DNA of 64,000 nt, from NCBI GenBank assembly GCA_963707915.1, contig OY970178.1:2112001-2176000 (forward strand), given 5' to 3'. Shown in pieces: positions 56,353-64,000 of the stretch (its first letter is position 1; each line of letters starts with the position of its first letter). Position numbers and translations under genes: made by a program. The notes beneath the pieces are model-generated. The model did no database searches and was not told the DNA's origin. It saw only the letters and a list, made by a program, of their open reading frames with translations. The stretch comes from Candidatus Eiseniibacteriota bacterium (GTDB lineage: Bacteria; Eisenbacteria; RBG-16-71-46).

Positions 56353-57003
56353 TCAGCCCGAGTACCTCAGGACGGCGACGAAGTGGCACGCCGTGCCCGT
56401 CAGCACGAACAGGTGCCAGACGAAGTGGGCGTAGCGCATCCGGCGCGCCACGTAGAACCCCACGCCCGCCGTGTACGCGACCCCGCCGGCCGCGAGCCAG
56501 AAGAGCCCCCACGGCGGCATCGCGTGCCACAGCGGCCGTGCCGCGGCCAGGATCAGCCACCCCATCGCCACGTACAGCGCGGTCGACAGCCGCGGGTGTC
56601 GCACGCCACCGACCGCCTTGAGGACGATCCCCGCCACGGCGAGGGCCCAGATCGACCCGAAGAGCGTCCACCCCCATGGCCCCCGCAGCACGCCCAGCGT
56701 GAAGGGCGTGTAGGTCCCGGCGATGAGCAGGTAGATCGCCCCGTGGTCGAGGACGTGGAACACCCGCTTGGCGCGATTCGGGGCCAGCGCATGGTAGAGC
56801 GTCGACGTGAGATAGAGGAGTGCCATCGTCGCGGCGAAGACCGCCGCCCCCACGATCGCCGCCGCGCCGTGTCCGACCGCGCCGTGCACCAGCACCGGCA
56901 GGGCGATCAGCGCAGCGAGGAAGCCCGTGCCATGACTGATGCTGTTGGCGATCTCCTCCCCGGCGGATTGTGCCCGGTGCCAGGCGGCCGGCGTTTCGGC
57001 CAT
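56353..57003 (-). CDS. trhA: Hemolysin III / PAQR family membrane protein (TrhA-like)
   Basis: EEIANSISHG, STLYH, LDHGAIYLLIAGTYTPF, YVAMGW, HFVWHLFVL...H motifs. Confidence 0.9.
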   Translation of the reverse strand: MAETPAAWHRAQSAGEEIANSISHGTGFLAALIALPVLVHGAVGHGAAAIVGAAVFAATMALLYLTSTLYHALAPNRAKRVFHVLDHGAIYLLIAGTYTPFTLGVLRGPWGWTLFGSIWALAVAGIVLKAVGGVRHPRLSTALYVAMGWLILAAARPLWHAMPPWGLFWLAAGGVAYTAGVGFYVARRMRYAHFVWHLFVLTGTACHFVAVLRYSG

Positions 57004-57231
57004 GGGGTCTCCTTCGACGCGCGAAGCGACGCGCACCGCTCACAAGGTCGTCCGTGGACGGAGATTGCGGCAGGCTCCCGGGTTCCGCAAGACGGGGTCG
57101 CGCGCCCCTCCTCGCGGGCGTCGCCCGCTCGGGACGGGTCCACGGCCCGCCGCCGGGGACGTGGTTCCCGGAGGGCCCCGGCTTGCCGTACCATGCGGCG
57201 GTCGCCCGCCGTCCACCCGGAGGAGGTCCCC

Positions 57232-58374
57232 GTGCGCTTCGCGCTCACGTTGTCCCTGGCGCTCGCGGCGTGTCCGCCCGCGTTCGGCCAGGCCGCGCTG
57301 CAACCGCAGGCCGCGGCCCCGCCCACGCTCGAGCAGGTCCGCGCCGGGATGAACATCCCATCGCGCTCGCTCGACCTGCGCGGCCAGATGGACTCCGTCG
57401 GCTTCGCCTCGACCGCCGCGCAGATGGCGAAGGTCTGGGAGCTCTCGGCCACGCCGCCCGCGCCCGACACGTTCGCCGTGCTCCCCGCCCCCGGCGTGGC
57501 GGCGGTCGTCTGCCCGCACGACGACTACCTCTACGCCGGGCGCGTCTACCGGCGCGTGCTGCCGCTGGTCACCGCGCGCCGCGTGATCCTGGTGGGCGTG
57601 TTCCACCGCTACCGGCGATTCGGCGCGCACGACCGGCTGGTCTTCGACGACTACCGGGCGTGGCGCACGCCCGACGGTCCGGTGCCGGTCTCGAGCCTGC
57701 GCGAGGCGCTGCTCGCCCACCTCTCGCCCGACGACTTCGTGCGGAGCGCCGCCATGTACGATTCCGAGCACTCGCTCGAGGCGCCGCTGTACTGGCTGCG
57801 GCACCTCCGCCCCGACCTGGAGATCGTGCCGATCATCGTCCCGGCCGCGCCGTTCGACCGCCTCGAGGAGCTGGCCGGCCACCTCGCCGCGGCGCTCGGC
57901 ACCACGATGATGGCGCGCGACTGGCGACTGGGGCGCGATGTGGCCGTCGTGATCTCCACCGACGGCGTGCACTACGGGACGGACTTCAAGTACGCGCCCT
58001 ACGGCGACGGCGGGATCACGGCCTACCAGCGGGCGACGGAGCGGGACCGCGCGCTGCTGGCCGGACCGTTGAGCGGCACGCTCACGACCGGGAAGGTGCG
58101 CGACCTCTACGCGGCCTTCGTGAATCCCGCGCGACCGGACGAGTACCGCCTGACGTGGTGCGGCCGCTTCGCCCTGCCGCTGGGCCTGCTGCTGCTCGAG
58201 CGCCTGTCGCGCGACCTGGGCCCGCTCGCCGGCCACCCGGTCGCCTACGCGACGTCGGTCGGCTGGCCCGAGCTGCCGGTGCGCGACCTCGGCATGGGCG
58301 CCACGGCTCCGGCCAGCCTGTACCACTTCGTCTCGTACCCGGCCGTGGCGTTCACTCCGGGGCGCGGGAAGTAG
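57232..58374 (+). CDS. Memo / AmmeMemoRadiSam protein B family homologue with N-terminal signal peptide
   Basis: CPHDDYLYAG, GVFH, WRTPDG.V, EHSLE, IVPII, ISTDGVHYG, TWCG, YATS correspond to Memo-family motifs; GGAGGAGG RBS before GTG. Confidence 0.8.
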   Translation: MRFALTLSLALAACPPAFGQAALQPQAAAPPTLEQVRAGMNIPSRSLDLRGQMDSVGFASTAAQMAKVWELSATPPAPDTFAVLPAPGVAAVVCPHDDYLYAGRVYRRVLPLVTARRVILVGVFHRYRRFGAHDRLVFDDYRAWRTPDGPVPVSSLREALLAHLSPDDFVRSAAMYDSEHSLEAPLYWLRHLRPDLEIVPIIVPAAPFDRLEELAGHLAAALGTTMMARDWRLGRDVAVVISTDGVHYGTDFKYAPYGDGGITAYQRATERDRALLAGPLSGTLTTGKVRDLYAAFVNPARPDEYRLTWCGRFALPLGLLLLERLSRDLGPLAGHPVAYATSVGWPELPVRDLGMGATAPASLYHFVSYPAVAFTPGRGK

Positions 58375-58534
58375 CGCGGACGGGCGCGGGGCGCGCCGAC
58401 GTGCCGGCCTGGCCACGCCCACCTCGTCCCCCGGCTTCCCGCGTTCGTCACGTTCGGCTCGGGACCCCGGCCCCGAAGGACTAAGGTCGCGCGGCTTCGC
58501 ACCGTCCCACCTCCCACCCCGTCAGGAGCCCGAT

Positions 58535-60571
58535 ATGAACCGGCTGACCCGTCTCACGCTCGTCTCGACGCTGCTGGTCCTCGGCCTGCCCGCCCTCGCA
58601 GCGGCGCAGGACCCGGGACCACGGCGGGCCTACATGGACACCACCTGCGCGCCCTGCAAGGACTTCTTCCAGTACGCCAACGGCACCTGGCTCGCCACCG
58701 TGCAGATCCCGCCCGCCTACCCCGCCATGGGCATGGGCCGGGAGATCTTCGACCGCAACCAGGAGACGCTCACCCGCGTGCTCGGGCGGCTGGCCTCCGA
58801 GGCCGGCGAGCAGAAGGACGCCACGCTGCAGAAGGTCGGGTGGCTCTACGCGGCGCTCATGGACTCCGCCCGCGCCGACCGCGAGGGGCTCGCGCCCGTC
58901 CAGGCGGACCTGGCGCGGATCGACGGCCTCCGCACGAAGGAGGACCTGCGCCGCGAGTTCGCGCGGGTGAGCGGGTTCTCGCCGTTCGCGTTCTCCACCG
59001 AGGCGGACCCCGGGCAGAGCACGATGAACATCGGCCAGGTGTCGCAGGGCGGCCTCGGCCTGCCCGACCGCGACTACTACTTCCGCACCGACGCCAAGTC
59101 GGAGGACCTGCGCACGTTCTACGTGGGCCACGTCGCCCGCGTGCTGGAACTGCAGGGGATGGCGCCCGACCAGGCGAAGGACGCCGCCGGCCGGATCATG
59201 AAGCTCGAGACCGCGCTGGCCGAGTCGTCGCTCTCCGTCACCGAGCAGCGCGAGCCCGAGAAGCTCTACCACAAGATGACCGTGAAGCAGCTCCAGGCGC
59301 TCGCGCCGGCGATCGACTGGGTGGCGTTCTTCAGCGAGTCGGGGGTGAAGTCGATGGCCGGCCCGTCCGCGCCGGTGGACGTCTCGATGCCGGCGTTCAC
59401 GCGCCGGCTGAGCCGGCTGATCGAGACCACGCCGATCGCGGACTGGCGCCTCTACCTGCGTTTCCACACCGTGCGCGGCGACCTGCCGTGGCTGGGGCAG
59501 GCCGCCTACGCCGAGGCGTTCGCGTACAGCGCGAAGCTCACCGGGCAGAAGGCGCCCAGCCCGCGCTGGAAGCGCGCCGCCAACATCATGGACAACGCCA
59601 TGGGCGAGGCGCTGGGCAAGGCCTACGTCGCGACCGAGTTCCCGCCGTCGTCCAAGGCGCGCATGGTCGAGCTGGTGAACAACCTGCGCGCCGCCCTCAA
59701 GGAGCGCATCGAGACGCGGCCCTGGATGGGCGAGGCGACCCGGAAGCAGGCGCTGGTCAAGCTGGACGCCATCCTCCAGAAGATCGGCTACCCGGACAAG
59801 TGGCTCGACTACTCCGCGCTGAAGATCGACCCGCAGGGGTCGGCGGACGCCGGCCTGCGCCGCGCGCAGGAGTTCGAGCGCGTGCGCCAGCTGGCCAAGA
59901 TCGGCAAGCGCGTGGATCGCAACGAGTGGCAGATGAGCGCGGCCACGGTGAACGCCTACTACAACCCGCCGACCAACGAGATCTGCTTCCCCGCCGGCAT
60001 CCTGCAGCCGCCCATGTTCGACCCGAAGGCCGACGACGCCGCGAACTACGGGGCCATCGGCGCCGTGATCGGGCACGAACTGACCCACGGCTTCGACGAC
60101 CAGGGGCGCAAGTACGACGCGCAGGGCAACCTCAAGGACTGGTGGACCGAGCAGGACGGCAAGGAGTTCGAGGCGCGCACCCAGAAGCTCGTCGACCAGT
60201 ACGACGGCTACGTCGTCGAGGACACCCTCCACGTGAACGGCAGGTTCACGCTGGGCGAGAACCTGGGCGACCTGGGCGGCATCACCGTGGCCTACGAGGC
60301 CTGGAAGCTGTCGCTCAAGGGCAAGCCGGCGCCACCGACCATCGGCGGCTTCACGCCCGAGCAGCGCTTCTTCCTCAGCTTCGCCCAGATCTGGCGGAAC
60401 GTGTACCGTCCGGAGCTGACGCGGCTCGTCTCCCTGACCGACCCGCACTCGCTGCCGCGGTGGCGCGTCGTCGGCACGCTCGGGAACGTGCCCGAGTTCG
60501 CCAGGGCGTTCGGCTGCCAGTCCGGCGACGCGATGATCATCACCCCGGAGAAGCGCACCGACGTGTGGTAG
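58535..60571 (+). CDS. M13 family (neprilysin/PepO) metallopeptidase, secreted
   Basis: PCKDFFQYANG, GLGLPDRDYY, KIGYPD, VNAYY, GHELTHGFDDQG (HExxH), GENLGDLGG, DPHS. Confidence 0.95.
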   Translation: MNRLTRLTLVSTLLVLGLPALAAAQDPGPRRAYMDTTCAPCKDFFQYANGTWLATVQIPPAYPAMGMGREIFDRNQETLTRVLGRLASEAGEQKDATLQKVGWLYAALMDSARADREGLAPVQADLARIDGLRTKEDLRREFARVSGFSPFAFSTEADPGQSTMNIGQVSQGGLGLPDRDYYFRTDAKSEDLRTFYVGHVARVLELQGMAPDQAKDAAGRIMKLETALAESSLSVTEQREPEKLYHKMTVKQLQALAPAIDWVAFFSESGVKSMAGPSAPVDVSMPAFTRRLSRLIETTPIADWRLYLRFHTVRGDLPWLGQAAYAEAFAYSAKLTGQKAPSPRWKRAANIMDNAMGEALGKAYVATEFPPSSKARMVELVNNLRAALKERIETRPWMGEATRKQALVKLDAILQKIGYPDKWLDYSALKIDPQGSADAGLRRAQEFERVRQLAKIGKRVDRNEWQMSAATVNAYYNPPTNEICFPAGILQPPMFDPKADDAANYGAIGAVIGHELTHGFDDQGRKYDAQGNLKDWWTEQDGKEFEARTQKLVDQYDGYVVEDTLHVNGRFTLGENLGDLGGITVAYEAWKLSLKGKPAPPTIGGFTPEQRFFLSFAQIWRNVYRPELTRLVSLTDPHSLPRWRVVGTLGNVPEFARAFGCQSGDAMIITPEKRTDVW

Positions 60572-60766
60572 GGACGGAAGACGGGGCCTGCACGGGGCGG
60601 AGGGCGACACGCGGTTCGCGGCGCCCTCCGCCCGGTCCGAGCCCCGCCACTCCTGCACGAGACGAGGACGGGGCCACCGACGCGACCGTCGATGCCCGGC
60701 ACCGCTCGACGCTCGAGTCCAGCGGCCGCCGGCGGCCGTCCGCTGGGGGGTTGGAGCGCCGCCCGG

Positions 60767-61213
60767 CTACCCCGGGATCTCGGGTTCGACCAGCGTCGCA
60801 AGCTGCGCCAGCGACTCCTGCCAACCGAGATGGCACATCTCGACGGGGATCACCTCCGGCAACCCTTCCTGCACGACGGTCAAGTCGGTTCCGCAGGACA
60901 CCCGCTTCAAGGACACCGTCGTCTGCATTCCTCCGGACAGGTTCGGATCCTCGAACCGGTCCGTGTAGCGAATGAGCTCGTTCGGGACCAGTTCCAGGTA
61001 CTCCCCGGCGAAGGAGTGCCCCTGCCCCGTCCCGAAGTTCGCGAACGACATCCGGTAGGTTCCGCCGACCTTCGCGTCCATGTGATGGACCTTGCAGGTG
61101 AAGCCGTACGGCGGAAGCCACTTGGCCATCGCATCGGCATCGAGGAACGCCCGGTAGACGCGTTCCGGCGCTGCGCGGAGGATGCGGTGAAGCCGGACGG
61201 CACCCGTGGCCAT
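60767..61213 (-). CDS. SRPBCC / AHSA1 family protein
   Basis: VRLHRILRAAPERVYRAFLD..AMAKWLPP, GGTYRMSF, GEYLELVP, GWQESLAQL. Confidence 0.88.
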   Translation of the reverse strand: MATGAVRLHRILRAAPERVYRAFLDADAMAKWLPPYGFTCKVHHMDAKVGGTYRMSFANFGTGQGHSFAGEYLELVPNELIRYTDRFEDPNLSGGMQTTVSLKRVSCGTDLTVVQEGLPEVIPVEMCHLGWQESLAQLATLVEPEIPG

Positions 61214-61619
61214 GATCGTGTCTCCTTTCGATTCCCGGCGGGCAGGGAGCCGCGCGCGCGAACCGGCGCGTCCCCCCCATCGGTGCGTCGTGTCGCCCGG
61301 CATGAAGCGGGCGGTTCCACGTGTTCGGATGCGGTCCGGGGCGTCGTCGATGCGGCGATGGCCGCCGGGCGCTTCGGCCGCGCGCTCACGCCCCCTTCCC
61401 TGCCCCCGGCCGAGGCGGGGTCGCCCCGGACCGTCCGCGGGCGCTCGCGCTCCACGCGGTCCGCCGCTGCGAAGCACTCGACCGTTGACGCCCCCCACCG
61501 CGGTCATTATGGTCTGCTCGCCCTCACGGGACCCGCGGTCGCGATCGGCCCGAGCCCGGTCCTGGCCCGCGAGGCGATCCGGCAGTCCGCGCCCACGCAG
61601 AAGCCATCCGGGAGCATCC

Positions 61620-63122
61620 ATGGCCCACCCGCTCTTCGCGACCAAGCCGCTCAGCCTGCTGCTCGAGGAGATGAGGGGCGAGAACCGGCTCCGCCGCGTC
61701 CTCGGCCCCATCCAGCTCACCAGCCTCGGCGTCGGCGCCGTCATCGGGGCCGGCATCTTCGTGGCCACCGGCGCGGCCGCCCACAACGTGGCCGGCCCCG
61801 CGCTGATGCTCTCGTACGTGATCGCGGGCATCACCTGCATCTTCGCCGCGCTGTGCTACGCCGAGTTCGCCTCGATGGTCCCGGTCGCCGGCTCGGCCTA
61901 CACCTACGCCTACGCCACGCTCGGGGAGCTCTTCGCCTGGATCATCGGCTGGGACCTGGTGCTGGAGTACGCCGTCGGCAGCGCCACCGTCGCCACCGGC
62001 TGGTCGGGCTACTTCCAGAACGTGCTGCTCAAGCTGAACGTCCAGCTCCCGCTGGCCCTGCGCGAGTCCCCGTGGAAGTACGACGTCGTCACCGGCAACT
62101 TCATCGCCACGAACTCGCTGATCAACCTGCCCGCCATCATCATCGTCTGCATCGTCACCGCCGTCCTGGTCAAGGGCATCCAGGAGAGCGCCAACTTCAA
62201 CGCGACCATGGTGGGCATCAAGCTGGCGGCGGTGCTGTTCGTCATCGGGGTCGGCGTGTTCTACCTGAACCCGGCGAACTGGCACCCGTTCGCGCCCTAC
62301 GGCTGGACCGGCCTGAACTTCTTCGGCCACCACGTGTCGGGCCAGACCGACCCGCAGGGGGCGCCGCTCGGCATGCTCGCGGGGGCGGCGATCATCTTCT
62401 TCGCCTACATCGGCTTCGATTCGGTCTCGACCCACGCCGAGGAGGCGCGCGTCCCGCAGCGCGACGTGCCGATCGGCATCATCGCCTCGCTGCTGATCTG
62501 CACCGTGCTCTACATCCTGGTCGTCGCGATCCTCACCGGCATGGTGCGCTACGACCAGCTCGACACCGCCGCCCCGGTCAGCATGGCTTTCCGGCAGGCG
62601 GGCCTGGGCTGGGCGGAAGGCATCATCGCCGCCGCCGGCGTGGCCGGCATCACCTCGGTGCTGCTGGTGATGATGCTCTCCGGCCCGCGCGTGTTCCTGG
62701 CGATGGCGCGCGACGGCCTCGTCCCCCCGAGCTTCTTCGGCGCCGTGCACCCGCGGTTCCGCACCCCCTACAAGACGACGATGCTGATCGGCGTGTTCGT
62801 CGCGGTGCTCGCCGGCCTGCTGCCGATCGACGCGCTCCTGCACCTGACCAACATCGGCACGCTGCTCGCCTTCGTGATCGTGTGCGCCGCCGTGCTGATC
62901 ATGCGCGTCAAGCACCCCGAGGCCGAGCGTCCGTTCAAGGCGCCCTTCTACCCGTTCGTCCCCATCCTCGGCATCCTCTGCTGCCTGCTGCTGATGTTCT
63001 CGCTGCCGGTCGCCAACTGGTGGCGGCTGTTCGTCTGGCTGGGGATCGGCTTCGTCATCTACTTCGCCTACGGACGGCGCCACAGCGTCATGGCGAAGGC
63101 CCGCGCCGCCGCCGGGCGCTGA
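61620..63122 (+). CDS. APC family amino acid permease (cationic amino acid transporter-like)
   Basis: LRRVLG, GAVIGAGIF, CYAEFASMVPVAGSAYTY, FFAYIGFD, AEE, AMARDGL, NIGTL. Confidence 0.93.
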   Translation: MAHPLFATKPLSLLLEEMRGENRLRRVLGPIQLTSLGVGAVIGAGIFVATGAAAHNVAGPALMLSYVIAGITCIFAALCYAEFASMVPVAGSAYTYAYATLGELFAWIIGWDLVLEYAVGSATVATGWSGYFQNVLLKLNVQLPLALRESPWKYDVVTGNFIATNSLINLPAIIIVCIVTAVLVKGIQESANFNATMVGIKLAAVLFVIGVGVFYLNPANWHPFAPYGWTGLNFFGHHVSGQTDPQGAPLGMLAGAAIIFFAYIGFDSVSTHAEEARVPQRDVPIGIIASLLICTVLYILVVAILTGMVRYDQLDTAAPVSMAFRQAGLGWAEGIIAAAGVAGITSVLLVMMLSGPRVFLAMARDGLVPPSFFGAVHPRFRTPYKTTMLIGVFVAVLAGLLPIDALLHLTNIGTLLAFVIVCAAVLIMRVKHPEAERPFKAPFYPFVPILGILCCLLLMFSLPVANWWRLFVWLGIGFVIYFAYGRRHSVMAKARAAAGR

Positions 63123-63129
63123 GCGCGTG

Positions 63130-64000
63130 ATGGAGACCGTCCGCGAGTTCAAGCGGGAGCTCCGGCTGCTCGACTCGACCATGATCGTGATCGGATCCAT
63201 GATCGGGTCGGGCATCTTCATCGTCAGCGCCGACATCGCCCGCACCGTCGGCGGGCCCGGCTGGATGCTGATGTCCTGGCTGGTCGCCGGGGTCATCACG
63301 ATCATCGGCGCCCTCTCCTACGGCGAGCTCGCCGGCATGATGCCGCGCGCCGGCGGGCAGTACGTCTACCTGCGCGAGGCCTACAACCCGCTCGTCGCCT
63401 TCCTCTACGGCTGGACCCTGTTCACGGTGATCCAGACCGGCACCATCGCGGCCGTGGCCGTGGCCTTCGCCAAGTTCACGGCCGTGCTGCTGCCCGGGCT
63501 GGGCGAGAACGTCGTGGTCTTCGACGCCGGGCTCTTCCAGGTGACCGCCGCGCGCCTCGTCGCCATCGCCAGCATCGTGGTGCTGACCGCGGTCAACCTT
63601 CGCGGGCTGCACGGCGGCCGGCTGGTGCAGAACGTCTTCACGGTCGCCAAGATCGCCGCCGTGCTCGGCCTGGTCGTGCTGGGGCTCGCGCTCGGGCGCA
63701 ACGCGCAGGCCATCGCGGCCAACTTCGCCGACTTCTGGCGCGCGAGCTGGACGCACGTCGCGGACGGCGTGGTCACGTCGGTCGAGCCGCTGGCCGGCCT
63801 CGCGCTGCTCGGCGCGCTGGGGGCCTCGATGGTCGGATCGCTGTTCGCCAGCGACGCCTGGAACAACATCACCTTCACCGCCGGCGAGGTGGTCGAGCCC
63901 AGGCGGAACGTCCCGCGGAGCCTCGCGCTGGGGACCGGCGCGGTCGTCCTGCTCTACCTGCTCGCGAACGTCGCCTACATCCGCATGCTGCCCGTGGGGG
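63130..64000 (+). CDS. APC family amino acid permease (partial, runs off the window)
   Basis: Manual translation METVREFKRELRLLDSTMIVIGSMIGSGIFIVSADIART...ALSYGELAGMMPRAGGQYVYLREAY...SDAWNNITFTAGEV; no stop before the window end. Confidence 0.9.
   Translation, partial: METVREFKRELRLLDSTMIVIGSMIGSGIFIVSADIARTVGGPGWMLMSWLVAGVITIIGALSYGELAGMMPRAGGQYVYLREAYNPLVAFLYGWTLFTVIQTGTIAAVAVAFAKFTAVLLPGLGENVVVFDAGLFQVTAARLVAIASIVVLTAVNLRGLHGGRLVQNVFTVAKIAAVLGLVVLGLALGRNAQAIAANFADFWRASWTHVADGVVTSVEPLAGLALLGALGASMVGSLFASDAWNNITFTAGEVVEPRRNVPRSLALGTGAVVLLYLLANVAYIRMLPVG

Noticed and set aside
1..64000. tRNA, rRNA, integrase, transposase, phage or defence genes
   Set aside because: None recognised by eye in the intergenic regions or ORFs; a tRNAscan/Infernal/HMM run would be needed to exclude divergent ones.

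Overview
Very GC-rich chromosomal window from a diderm bacterium (LPS glycosyltransferases, TonB-dependent receptor, TolC/RND pump) with anaerobic-type energy metabolism. I found no rRNA, tRNA, CRISPR array, integrase or transposase. Main content, left to right: an M49 peptidase; two LPS glycosyltransferases; a rhomboid protease; a Cys/Met-rich Spy/CpxP-like protein; a TPP riboswitch ahead of a sodium:solute symporter and a TonB-dependent receptor; a TetR-TolC-RND efflux operon; mutY, moaA and murB; a small CxxU selenoprotein with a SECIS-like hairpin that the ORF track misses; and an ABC-2 exporter. A ~15.7 kb minus-strand operon follows (etfB-etfA-FadF/EMO-like-HdrD-like-hdrA-mvhD-mvhG-[sensor kinase, hybrid kinase, REC protein]-hdrC-hdrB-mvhA-maturation protease) behind a sigma-54-type promoter. 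Next come an ECF sigma/anti-sigma/soluble TonB-CTD triplet, bfr, a SatP-family transporter, and a five-gene operon combining a (homo)isocitrate-type dehydrogenase and a two-subunit LeuCD/homoaconitase-type hydratase with an HMG-CoA-lyase-family enzyme and a family III CoA-transferase, with no synthase. The window ends with mgsA, a direct-repeat-bounded segment carrying two secreted proteins, a signal-peptide-bearing Memo homologue, an M13 peptidase and APC permeases. Many genes between ~36 and ~50 kb carry single-base frameshifts, most likely consensus errors. The most promising undescribed systems are the lyase/CoA-transferase/aconitase/dehydrogenase operon, the phosphorelay embedded in the Etf-Hdr-Mvh operon, and the anti-sigma/TonB-CTD module. 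Family assignments come from motifs recognised by eye; no searches were run.
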